Source: Eledone cirrhosa (lineage: Eukaryota). From it: DNA of 64,000 bases. The stretch lies in the NCBI GenBank assembly GCA_964016885.1, contig OZ024740.1:258044001-258108000 (forward strand), given 5' to 3'. Within the stretch, counting starts at the first letter, position 1; each line of letters starts with the position of its first letter. The notes beneath the pieces were generated by a model. The model did not search any database and was not told the origin of the DNA. It saw nothing but the letters and a program-made list of their open reading frames with translations. Shown one piece after another: positions 1 to 11,600 of this stretch. The translations under genes were made by a program, and so were the position numbers.

Positions 1-99
1 CAAACATCATCAAGCAATAATATTTGTGTTTTCATCAGATAAAACAGGAGAACATGATATGAAGGCTAAAAAACACTTGTTGATAGTGCAGTTTTAAAT

Positions 100-104
<5 letters not shown>
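1..104 (-). mobile_element. Partial copy (cut by window edge) of the HHR-bearing short element also found at 34402-34741
   Basis: Near-identical to ~34466-34570; TCATCAG at 32-38 is the HHR core CTGATGA on the minus strand; abuts (TA)n at 105. Confidence 0.7.
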
Positions 105-153
<49 letters not shown>

Positions 154-365
154 GCAAGTTTGAATCATTATTAGATAAAATATATACAGTCTTTCCTCTC
201 ACCAGTCCGTAGAAATCAACCCCATAAATATTCATTTAAACAAGGCTATAAGTTTAAAATGTAACCATGAAGAAATAATAGACAAATGATACAGACTATC
301 TTCCGCGAGGGACAGCCATATAAAACTTATCTGGTCATTCCTTTTAGCCCGTAGAACTTGACTAG

Positions 366-449
<84 letters not shown>

Positions 450-903
450 CATATAAATATATATATATATATATACATAGATATATATACATGGTGGCTG
501 CCAACTCGTTTTCGAGTACGGTCGCTACTTTATATCCATGTAGGAGAACCCCTACCGATGCACTGAACGAGTGTGACATTTTAGTCCAGCCAGCGACTTG
601 AAAATTCTGGTACAAACACGAGACTTGTGACAATTATTGACACATAGTGCTGGGCCCATGATACCATGTGACGACAAGTGCAGAGAGATCTCCAGATATA
701 AAGCAATGCCTGGGCTGTGAAGCTTTTATAGTGAGCAAAGGCACTGCACAAAGCCAGTCCCATTCTCTTAACCAAGATGATATTTACCAAAAAGAAGAAC
801 AAGTCAACATCATTGACTACCATCAGAGTTGCAGGTGTTATATCAGAGTTTTCCTTCTCCTAGAATTCTGCCTAAAGCCAAAAGGCTAAGGGGTCATCTA
901 TAT

Positions 904-966
<63 letters not shown>

Positions 967-1007
967 TGTGAGTATATACAGGTATATATACACCATCCTA
1001 GTGTATG

Positions 1008-1207
1008 TTAGAACAAAGGAGAGACACACAATAACAAGTTATCACTGAAGAGGTCACAGAAGGTGTGATGAAAGTGCTTTGGCAATAAACAACAAAGGAA
1101 ACATCCGGTTATTAAACTAACCAACTGTAAATTTATATTAAATTAATGTGAAGCCCAACAGGTGTGTGTTTTTTATCGGCAGCATGAGTTCCCCAAAGTA
1201 TAACATA
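1008..1207 (+). mobile_element. Non-autonomous Penelope-like terminal (pseudo-LTR) fragment
   Basis: Similar to 44915-45117 of the PLE; ends ATGAGTTCCCCAAAGTATAACAT and contains an HHR motif. Confidence 0.7.
1040..1084 (+). ncRNA. Minimal type I hammerhead ribozyme motif (family A)
   Basis: TCA-CTGAAGA-GGTCAC-AGAAGGT-GTGAT-GAAA-GTGC-TT-TGG: CUGANGA and GAAA cores, stem II GTCAC/GTGAT, short stem III. Confidence 0.7.
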
Positions 1208-1277
1208 ACACACACACGCACACACACACACACACACACACATACATATATTTATTTATATATATATTTATAGACAC

Positions 1278-1310
<33 letters not shown>

Positions 1311-1323
1311 CATTTATTATTAC

Positions 1324-1356
<33 letters not shown>

Positions 1357-1502
1357 GTATATATATACATATAATCGCCGAAGGGCGAGTTGGAATATAA
1401 TCATTAAGGCCAGTTACTACTACGGCGCCATATGAGGTGTCTACGTTTCGTTAGGCCTGAGGACCTACTTGTTCAGCATATGCCGATGAAAGTGTACCGG
1501 AA

Positions 1503-1539
<37 letters not shown>

Positions 1540-1581
1540 TATATATATATATATACGTATATATACGTATATATAGTATGG

Positions 1582-1920
<339 letters not shown>

Positions 1921-1929
1921 GATATATAC

Positions 1930-2038
<109 letters not shown>

Positions 2039-2121
2039 AATGGTAAACAGGAATAACAAAACAAAGGTCACAGTATACGAAAGGAATATATTAGTTTAAT
2101 ACTTGAAATAGCAGGAAGAGG

Positions 2122-2158
2122 ATCTTAACGTTTCGGACGCTAGTCCATCATCAGAAGA
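2122..2158 (-). ncRNA. Minimal hammerhead ribozyme motif (family B) inside repeat copy 2037-2280
   Basis: Minus strand TCTT-CTGATGA-TGGAC-TAGC-GTCC-GAAAC-GTT-AAGA: intact cores, stem II GGAC/GTCC, palindromic stem III AACGTT, stem I TCTT/AAGA. Confidence 0.8.
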
Positions 2159-2351
2159 AGGAATGAGAAATTAATGAAGAAATAGACAGATTGATGGCGG
2201 AATGAGAAACATTTTTTTATGTTGCCATCTCTTGTGCCAGGCCCATTTGGAACCGGCGGCGTTCCACAGTGTTCCTAATGTACACACACACACATATATA
2301 TGTGTGTGTGTTTGCTTGTATGTTTGTGTATGTACACCCACACACAAACAC

Positions 2352-2396
<45 letters not shown>

Positions 2397-2560
2397 ATGG
2401 TTAAACAAGGTTCAATGAATAAAGTTTTACAATAGATTAGAAGCACTCCACATAATTTGTTTTCCGGAGTTATTAATATTATTAATTTAAAATATTAATT
2501 CAGTCATGCCATGACTGAATTTTAACCATCTACTTAGTCAAGGTATGTCATGCATCATCT

Positions 2561-2627
2561 TATTTTATCTGATGAGGACGTACTGTTGAAGATAGCTCAG
2601 TACCTCTGAAATATGTATAATAAAATA
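2561..2627 (+). ncRNA. Hammerhead ribozyme motif (family C)
   Basis: TATTTTAT-CTGATGA-GGACGTACTG...CAGTACCTCT-GAAA-TATGTA-TA-ATAAAATA: 8-bp stem I, stem II GTACTG/CAGTAC. Confidence 0.75.
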
Positions 2628-3534
2628 TACTTGATCACACGAATGTCTATATTTGTTAATATTTTGAATTAATATATATATATATATATAAACAAAATCT
2701 GTTTTCGCTCTTAACGTGGTGGATACCTCAGTGTATTCGTGAGTGAATAATTAAAATAATATCATAATATAATTAATATTCAGTTTGTTTACATGTAAAC
2801 AGCCTCATAAAACACCTCGTGGTATATATGACTACGTTGTCCTTTTGTTCCAGTTGTAGCTGATAGATAACAAACGAAGATTAATTGTTTCGTATGTCTT
2901 GCTCCTTGTCAAGTCTATATTCTACTCGTTAGCTACCGTTTCGAACTGCTGAGAATACATAGTATTCTCAAAGATATACATCGGAAGATTAGCCTCATTT
3001 GCATACCGAGCGATTATACGACCGGCTTTAAAAAAACAAAATATCGAGTACACTTAGGTATTCACGAAATGAAGAGCAAAAACATTTTTTTAATTTTTTA
3101 AATGTAATTTTCAGCAAAGCCGGCGGTATTTATGTGCAGTTGATAGGAGCATGGTGGAAGGTTTCATAGGATCTTGGTGTTAAAGGTTAGGTCATGAAAC
3201 TTTTATGTATCTTTTCAATGTCAGATATGTAGTACGCTGAATCTCCTTGCGAACTAGGTTAAGGAGCATGTGTTTCTAGATGTTCAAACACTAGTCTGTT
3301 AATTTCACGAACATACTGTTCCTTAGATTAAAAGACTAGAGCATTCTTCGCCGAAATCGACAAATGTCAAACAAAGACGTGTGTAATCCTGCGAGGCATG
3401 CCCTCCGACACGCGGGCATAGAAGGAGAAACTAATGGATGGAGTGCATGTAGATAAGTCAATCTCATATACAAGTTGGATTTGAAAACCCAAGAAGAAGG
3501 CATTTAATGCGTGTAAGTTATATGTTGTAGTATG

Positions 3535-3770
3535 TTCTAAGAGTTTAAGTTGTAAATAACGGATTCTGAATTAGGCATGAGGCCAGCAGTCCTGGGAAGA
3601 AGAGTGAATTGGATCAAGTCGACCCCAGTGCGTCGCCGATACCCCACCCCCTCGAGCCCGCAAGGATGAAGGGCAAAGCATTCCGTGGCAAGACTTGAAC
3701 TCAGAACATAAAGAGGCGTGTAAATGAAAAATGAATGAAGAGGGCAGGCCGTTTCAACTGACATGCCACT
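3535..3770 (-). mobile_element. Diverged SINE copy
   Basis: Contains AGGCCAGCAG...GTCGACCCCAGTG...AGGATGAAGGGCAAAG...TTGAACTCAGAAC, matching the reverse complement of the ~200-bp SINE. Confidence 0.55.
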
Positions 3771-3910
3771 CTCAACGACATATTGAGAAGGAGCCTGGAC
3801 ACAGCTGGCATCCCATCACAACAGGAGCCAGGTCGCTTCGACCACGGAGAAGGCAAGTGCCCCGACGGAATTAGCCCCTTCCCCTTCGAATGAGGTAGAT
3901 CCCTCTTCGC
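3770..3910 (+). pseudogene. CRE-like non-LTR retrotransposon relic (restriction-like endonuclease region)
   Basis: Translates with a frameshift to LNDILRRSLDTAGIPSQQEPGRFDHGEGKCP/DGISPFPFE*GRSL, resembling the CRE motif LND..R.L..AG.P...EP.G....DGKRPDG. Confidence 0.55.
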
Positions 3911-4668
3911 ACCAACGTACTTGGACTCCGTACTTCCGAGCTCATCCACAAGATCGGAACGTCAGCAGCCCGTCTTCTGTTACCCTAGAACACTTACCTT
4001 CCCTTCCTTTTCCGTTTTTGGATATCTGCTGTTATTTGAAATAGATTTGTTTATGAGTTTTTAATTTATTTTTATTAATAAATACTCAGTATGTGAGAGT
4101 GGACGTCAATGGGTTTTCACCTGTATATATGTGTGTATAGGAGTGGGTGTGTATTTGTGTGTATATGAGAGGATGCGTGTGATGACTGTATTTTGTACGG
4201 TGAATGTTTCTCCATAAATAAATGCACATATAGAAAAATAATTAAATATATATGTCTATCAGTCTATCTGTATGTCTGTGTGTCTATCAGTCTGTCTGCA
4301 TGTTTGTTTGTCTATCCCTCTGTCTGACTTTTCCCACCTCTCTCACCCTATCATGCTCTCTCCAGGCTCCATATTTGCTGGGGAATCGCAGGAAATCCAT
4401 GATCTGTTTCAATGTTTGTATGTATGTGCGAATCTATTTATGTAGGTGTATATATTGATTTTTAGATTTCAAATATATATTTTGTTAGCACTCTAAAAGC
4501 AGTTAGCTCATTTATACATTAAAGCCATATGTTACTGACTGAGTAATTGTGAGCAACCGAGATTATGGAAAATATATTTCCTATAGCCTCGATAGATTGT
4601 TTTTGCCCACTTCACAGAGCATCTGGATATGGGAGTTAATGGTATTTTTATTCATAAGTTTTATAACG

Positions 4669-4866
4669 AATAATAATGTGTTTCTACTATTGGCACAAGG
4701 CCAGCAAATACCCAGTACAATACTGGTACTTTATTTTATCGACCCCGTAAAGATGAAAGGCAAAGCTAACCTCGGCGGGATTTGAACTCAGAATGGCAAG
4801 GGCCATAACTCTATGAGTCAAATCATGGCGTCGGACCCTCTACCGATACTGCCAGTTCACCGCCCG
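4669..4866 (-). mobile_element. ~200-bp SINE, near full length
   Basis: Reverse complement reads GGGCGGTGAACTGGCAG...GAGTTCAAATCCCGCCGAGG (B-box-like)...GGCCTTGTGCCAATAGTAGAAACAC-(ATT)n; flanked by AAT repeats on both sides; a 3' fragment follows at 4886-4935 (+). Confidence 0.8.
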
Positions 4867-5312
4867 AATAATAATAATGATAATGTAACTGGGTAATTGC
4901 TGGCCTTGTGCCTAAAGTAGAAATAATTATTAATAATACTATTGTAATATTACTATTATTCGATATAAAACTCACGAATGTATTTGCGTATCCAGTATGT
5001 TAGAGCGAACACAAATTGTGTTTCTCATTTTGGAAAAGACAGCCAAGAAATCGTTCGGCATGTAAATTAGCCTAATCAGCCGAAATATACTTTAGAGAAT
5101 ACTATATATTCTCAAGAGTTCTAGTGAGTAGCATAAACGGAAAGATAGACAATCCTGATAAAAGGCATTAACCTTGAAACAATTGTCGCTTGTTTCTCTC
5201 TGCTACCACTAGAAAAACAAAAGGATGACGATTGTCGTCTAGAACACATGTATAATGAAGCTGTTTGCTTGCAAACTAATCGAATATTAATAATATTATT
5301 ATAATATTATTA

Positions 5313-5731
5313 CATTGAACTTTTTCAAATTTCATTTGAAAATGAAAATCAAGGTGGAGAGAGAAGTGTTCCCTTCCCAACAGTTTCGTGAAGATGGTTG
5401 AGAGAGGCGACAATGACCTAAGTGAATAGGCCTGCTCTGAGTATGTGACTGTAAATTGTACGTGGAAAAGTATGAGAGGGCATTCGCCCTGGTGGTCAGT
5501 GTCACTGGCTTTTTTGCGGGATTTCTCCACGAGTGACCCTTGTAGATCACCCCGACTATTGGTGAATTTTCCTTTCTTTTAATTTTTTTTTGTTACATTA
5601 TTTGTTTTTGTTTTTACACACAGAAATGCCTATTTCTACCGTCATGTGTTGTCCTTAATGTTATGTTTGTGTCAACCCCAGGGGTTAATAAAGAAAGCAT
5701 TATTATTATTATCATTATTATTATTATCATT
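5313..5731 (+). mobile_element. 5'-truncated 3' fragment of Tx1-like LINE
   Basis: Similar to 18730-19164 (TTTTTCAAATTTCATTTGAAAA..., 3' UTR hairpins); AATAAA at 5687; (ATT)n tail 5699-5731. Confidence 0.85.
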
Positions 5732-6914
5732 CTTGGAGTCTCAGTCATTGATGTTATTTAACTGGAAAGTTTGTTCAAATGAAAATCAAGCAGCTACATA
5801 CAGCCTTAGATATTCAGGACGTATCGGAGGGTTCTTGCTGTTCCCAGAAAGCATGCTTTTTGAAGTGTTCCAAAAGGGAGCTGGACAAATGTTTTTTAAC
5901 CGTCCTTGAAAACTCTTAGAGATAGTACCTGGTGCTCTTATGACAATAGGAACGACCTTGATCTCATGACAGTCCTAAACCCTTTTTAATTCCCACTTTA
6001 AATCCTGATATCGGTTGATTTTCTACTTCTCCTTTTATTGCACTCTGGTGTCAAAGGGCTAGGCTACATCTACAATAAGGCCCGATTCTTTTTCCTTGTT
6101 AAAAACTACCAGATCAGGCCTATTGTGTTCTAATTTCTTGTCTGTCTGTATCCTGAAATCCTATAGCACCTTCACTGGATCGTTTTCTATCACTGACTCT
6201 GTCTTATGCTCATAACACTTCTCAGAATGTGGTAAATTGTTTAATTTGCATAAATGCCAGTGAATCACTTTTCGTATCATATGTCTCCAGCCTTTATAAT
6301 GAGTCTGGGCTAAGTGTGTACACTCGGATACAATATGAGCCGCAGTCTCCTCTCTCTCTTTTTCACTGATCCTACACAGCGAGCTATCCTCCTCCTTGTC
6401 AATATGGTGTTTCACTCACTTCGTTCTGATGGCTTGCTCTTGTGCAACCATTCCTTCTGTATCTTTTTAAAGGTCTCCTCATTTTAACTAGCTCCATGTC
6501 TGTGGATCTCTGAATTCCGTTTTCTTAAATATGGTGCTATGAAGGGGTTTTGTTGTTATTTCCTCCTTGGACATCCCCTGGTCAATTGTCTTCTTCTTCA
6601 GTACAACTTTGAACATCGGCTCCCTACTCTCAGACACATATTTGTGCAGATTACTTTTCTCCATCTGAACACAGTCCTCTATGCTGATAAGACATGTTCC
6701 ACCTTCAGCTCTCTTTAAGTAGAGTCTATCAACATCACACCTCTTGTGGAATATGCTGTAGGTTGTCATTAGCTTCCTCGTCTTTCTATCAATTTATTTT
6801 TGTTCAGTAACATTCCATTTCAGAATTCCCGTTCTGTACCTAATAATAGACACAGCTCGGGAATTTACTGCACTTATGACATTCCTCCTATTTAGATGTG
6901 CTTTTAGTATAAAA
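5732..6914 (-). mobile_element. 5'-truncated, degenerate R4/Dong-like non-LTR retrotransposon (RLE type)
   Basis: Fragments DVDRLYLKRAEGGTCL, CR....EETAAHIVSEC (CCHC remnant), WRH, HNRPDLVV (PD..D nuclease), VVPIVI; its 3' end runs into the (TAA)n tract at 5699-5731. Confidence 0.8.
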
Positions 6915-8625
6915 TTGGCGGACGTCTAGTGCAACTGGCAACAGGACGGGAGAATTCCCATCTCTGTGAGCCGAGAAGCGGTGGCGCTGCTGAGAAAGTA
7001 TCCGAACAAAGGGGATAACATAGATAATTTTAGGCCCATAACTCTGCTAAACACAGAGTTCAAAATTTTGGCCAAGGTGCTAGCAAAGAGGTTGGCGCCT
7101 GTCGTTGATGGTCTGGTGGGAGAGGCGCATACATGCGCCATTCCAGACAGATCCATGCACCACAACCTACACCTCATGCGATACATCGTGGAGAGGGTAG
7201 CTTAGGAACCTGGCACGGGTGAGTCCTTGATCAATTTAGATCAGTCGAAAGCTTTCGATAGGGTCGGCCATCTTTATCTGGCGACAGTCCTGAGGGCGGC
7301 TGGCTTTGGGCCCGTCTTCAGAGGCTGGATCGCTGCCATGCACAGCGACATCTGCTCTGTGGTGAGAGTTAACGGTCACCTTTCGGAACCGTTCAACATC
7401 ATGCGCTCGGTCCGCCAAGGATGTCTCCTCACGTCCCTCTTGTACGTATTGACTCTCGAGCCATTACTGCACAAACTAGGAAGATCCGTGTCAGCATATG
7501 CGGACGATGTCACCGCAGTGGTGTTGAACGCCAAACACATCGAGGCAATCGACGCTACACTAAGAGAATACGAAGCGATGACAGGAGCAATGATCTACCA
7601 GGAAAAGTCGGTGGGCCTGCAGCGCGGCACCTGGAGAGGCAGGTCCATGGCTGGACGGACGGACCGATTAAATTGCTAGGGGTCTGGTTCGTCCGGACAT
7701 CCAGATGGACAAAAACTGGGACGATGTGACGAGCAGGGTGGCTTCTCTCACCTAGAAATGGGCAGAGAGGAAGCTATCCCGTAAAAGTCGAGCGGAGGTG
7801 GCGAATGCGTACATCGCGTCCGTCATCTACTACCGCCTGACCGTCGTGCCTTGTCCTAAGCCCCACCTGACTGCGCTGGAACGTTTGCTTTTTCGCTTTT
7901 TGTGGAAGGGATGCGCTCCGATGGTCCGGTGGTCCATCTGCTGTCGACATCCGCTACGTGGAGGGCTGCGCATGCCCTGGCTGATGATGCGCAGACACGC
8001 GCTCAGGCTACGACATCTCCACCCTTTCCTCGACGGTGATCAGGTGTGGTCGCTGTTTGCTAGATGCGTCTTTCCACAGCTCGTCTCCTTGACGGAGCTG
8101 CAGCCATGGGTCAACCGAAGACCGAGAGGGAGCGCTTAGAGATTGGAATGTCTTCAGGCGCTCACAGCCCTCGAACAATCGGGCAATATGATTGGTGGAA
8201 ACCCCACCTTGGCGTTCTATAGAGGATTAGTGGAGGGGAAGAGCGACGACGTACTTGGCGAAACTCTAGGCGTCGACGAAAATCAACTAGAAGAACTTTC
8301 GAGCCGGGACCTATGGACAACTCCCAGAAATCCCTGGCCGAGGAGCTTTGCCAGTTCGGGAGAAACTCTACAGGCATGGAAATGCCGTCAATCGGGCATG
8401 TCCGAGATGCGCGCAGGGCGACCAAACCGTCCTGCATGCACTCGTCCAGTGTCCGAACATTGGTGACTTGTGGGTTTATGTCGAACACCTGCTGTCGCGT
8501 GTAGGACGGATCCGGATCATTATTTCTTTTTTTGTTACATCCTCTGTTTTTACTTTTTTACACGTAGAAATGTATTGTCCTTAATGTCTTACTTTGTGTA
8601 AACCGCTGTGGTTAATAAAGAAAAC
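6915..8625 (+). mobile_element. 5'-truncated, internally deleted Tx1-like LINE copy (ORF2 pseudogene)
   Basis: High identity to 16886-19130 with stops, frameshifts and deletions; NFRPITLLN, DQSKAFDRV, RQGC, YADD motifs; AATAAA at 8614. Confidence 0.92.
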
Positions 8626-8626
8626 A

Positions 8627-8694
8627 TACCAGTAATGCACTGGGTAATTGCTGGCCTTGTGCGAAAAGTAGAAACAATTATTATTATTATTATT
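8627..8694 (+). mobile_element. SINE 3' fragment with (ATT)n tail
   Basis: TACCAGTAATGCACTGGGTAATTGCTGGCCTTGTGCGAAAAGTAGAAACA-(ATT)6 matches the 3' ends of the other SINE copies. Confidence 0.8.
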
Positions 8695-11600
8695 GAAGGT
8701 GAAGCCACGCTTCTTATCGCCTCCAGTTGTTTTCCACGTTTTACCTCGTTTTCAAGCATTCTAAACCTTTTATTCAAGTTTTAAACTTGATAAAAGATTA
8801 GAAGTGACCCACCTAATACAGGAGTTCACTCGCATATAATACGTCACCCCTTTACGGGGTGTCGTATTATGTAAAAATAATATTTGAAAACAAATTTCTT
8901 TCAACATGGATAACACAAGAAAGATAGAGAGAGCGCTGTCAGACACACAGAGAGAGGGAGACTTTGTCAGCATATCAACAAGACAGCGTTCCAGCGAAGG
9001 TAAATATAAAAGAAAATATTACGAAGGAAAAGAGGCAGAATATCATTTTTAATGATATTGTTACAGATTTAAAATTACCAAATATTTCTAACACAAACAA
9101 CACCAACAATAACACCAACAACAACACCATCAATAACAATAGCAACAACAAAAATAACAGCGGTAAGGTCGAGAACGACAATAACAATGACATTAACAAC
9201 AGCAACAACAACAATAATAGTAGGAACAGTATCAACAAAAACAACAATAATAAAAACAGCCACAATAACAGTAACAACAGCAACAGTATCAACGAAAACA
9301 ACAACGACAACAGCAACAACAGTACCAACGAAAACATCAACAATGACATCGATACCTGTAACAGCAATCTCAGCACCACCAGCAAGACCAGTAGCGGCAG
9401 CAATAGTGGTACCACTGAAAAAGAACCACTTCTTTTGCAGGTGTGGCCCGAAATATAGAAAACAGTGCTAGTCACAGAGGAGGAGATGGTAGTCGCAAGG
9501 GCCATGGTGACAAGAAACGCCAATAGAATTTCCCTGAAACCTCCACCCGATTTTTTCAAGGACCAGCAGCTACGGACGGTGACTTACCGCACCGTAACCA
9601 AAATGTCACATCGGGTGGAGAGAGCAACGGAGGCTCAAATCCAAAAGGCCTTGGGGTGCGTCTGGGCGCACAAAACCCACATCACCCGAGGCAGAAAGTA
9701 CGCCACAGTAGACGTACTTTTCGCCACACCCAAGAAGCGAATTCTCACTCTTTGGAAACCCTAAAGAGTGAGGAGATAGTCCTACTGCCGGCAGAAAATT
9801 GTGAGGGCCAAAGTGACGCAGGTCCCACCCGACGTGCCCATACCTTGGCTGGCCGCGTCTGTCCTTGCTGGAATCGAGGACAGGACGACCATGCTGCAAG
9901 TAGAGAAAATAGGGAGAGAGAACTCGTCAGGTATAGGCATGCAAATGCTTATACAAACTGACCAGGAATGTATCGACGCTATCCCCAATATCATAGACCT
10001 CGAGGAAGGACTCCAACTCGCTATAAGCGTGGAAGGAAGACGGCCAAAATCTTATCTCTGTTTATCAAAGGGTCACCTCAGGGCCTTTTGCGCGCAGAAG
10101 ACAGCGAAGAAGAAGACCCCTCTCCTTCCTATACCTGGTCCGCTGCTACCAATAGCAGAGCAAGAAACAAAGGCAGAAGCCCCTTCCACGGTGAGTAGGA
10201 GGGCAACGTCCGTGGCACCTGTACCAAGGCAACGGACAATTAAAGCACCAACATCAGTGGCGGCAACACCAGCAGCTACATTTGCAGTAGCTGCACCAGC
10301 AACAAAGTCGTCGGAGAGGGAACCACTACCACCACCATCACTATCACCACCACAAGCATCACTACCAAGGAAACTTGCAGCAACACCACCACCATCACCA
10401 TCACACCACAAGCACCACCGCCAACAACAACCAGACCACCACCAGCATCACCAAAAACACCAACAACGAAAATAAAACAAAACACACACACCCAACAGCA
10501 ACAACGAGAAAACAGCAACAAAATCGCCCCTCCCCCCAAAACGTATACAGCCATAAACGTGGCAAATGAAGAACTCCTACAACACATAAAGCAGCACACA
10601 GACATCACAAAAAAATCTACTACACTCCCACCAACACCAAGAACTCTCCCGACAAACATAAGCATCATTGAAATCTCAATAGAACATTACAAACGTTTAA
10701 AGCAAAAAATCCCCAACGCAGAATAGGCAGTATAAATGTACGTGGCCTCGGGTCATCTTGGAAGCAGGTCCACCTGGTTAACGATTTCAGGTCACCAAAC
10801 ATAGATGTGGTGGCCATCAGATAGACCAGAATTTCCGAAGCACGAGCCTTCGCACAGATCTTCGGCGGCTACGATGTATACGTATCTCCCAGCCGTCCAG
10901 GATCGGGGGAAAGGGTTGTTGTGCTTTTTCGGAGAGGCTTTGATCTCGCCATAAATGCCATCTTTCTGGACCCAGAAGGTAGAGCGGTGGTGCTGGACAT
11001 GACCGGGAGCGAAGGCACTCGACCAATTCTTCAACGCAAAACATGAAGGCTGCGTTGTCAGAGCAAGAGCGCGTGCTCTAAGACACGAGGGGACGAAAGC
11101 CGTTCAATGGGCCTGGTTGGTGGAGGCGCGACGGGGCAACAAATCCACAATTCGGTCTTTGCCTGATCAAAACGGGCGCATGTTGCTCGAACCCGAGCAG
11201 ATGTGTGCGGCTTTTAAACAGCACTTTGCTCAATTGTTCGGGAGCGGCGGCGGGCACGATCGGAGTATGGACTTCGGTGCATACCTCGACGGACTGCGCG
11301 GCTCTCGTCGACCGCAGCGCAGTGCTGGTAAAGCCGATAACAGCAGGTGAAATACGGGGCGCGATGTCTGACTGCACGAGGGGTAAATCGCCTGGTTAAG
11401 ATGGTCTACTCTACGAGCTTTATGCGTACATGCCAGACTTGTTAGGTGACCTCTTGGCAGATGTCTACTGCAACTGGCAGCAAAACGGGAGCATTCCCAG
11501 ATTTGTGAGCTGGGGATCGGTGGCGCTGCTGAGAAAAGACCCGACGTTATAGACAACTTCAGGCCCATAACCCTGCTAAACGCAGAGTTTAATATTTTGG

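Noticed and set aside
490-900. GC-richer island with 73-80 aa ORFs
   Set aside because: No recognisable domain; possibly an old LINE relic, but I cannot support a call.
3015-3130. Possible MITE with TACGACCGGCTTT / AAAGCCGGCGGTA ends
   Set aside because: Inverted match is short and imperfect; insufficient evidence from one copy.
10712-10730. ORF1-ORF2 fusion as a spliced retrocopy
   Set aside because: Using GT at 15249 and AG at 15464-15465 predicts a junction one G shorter than observed; microhomology deletion fits better.
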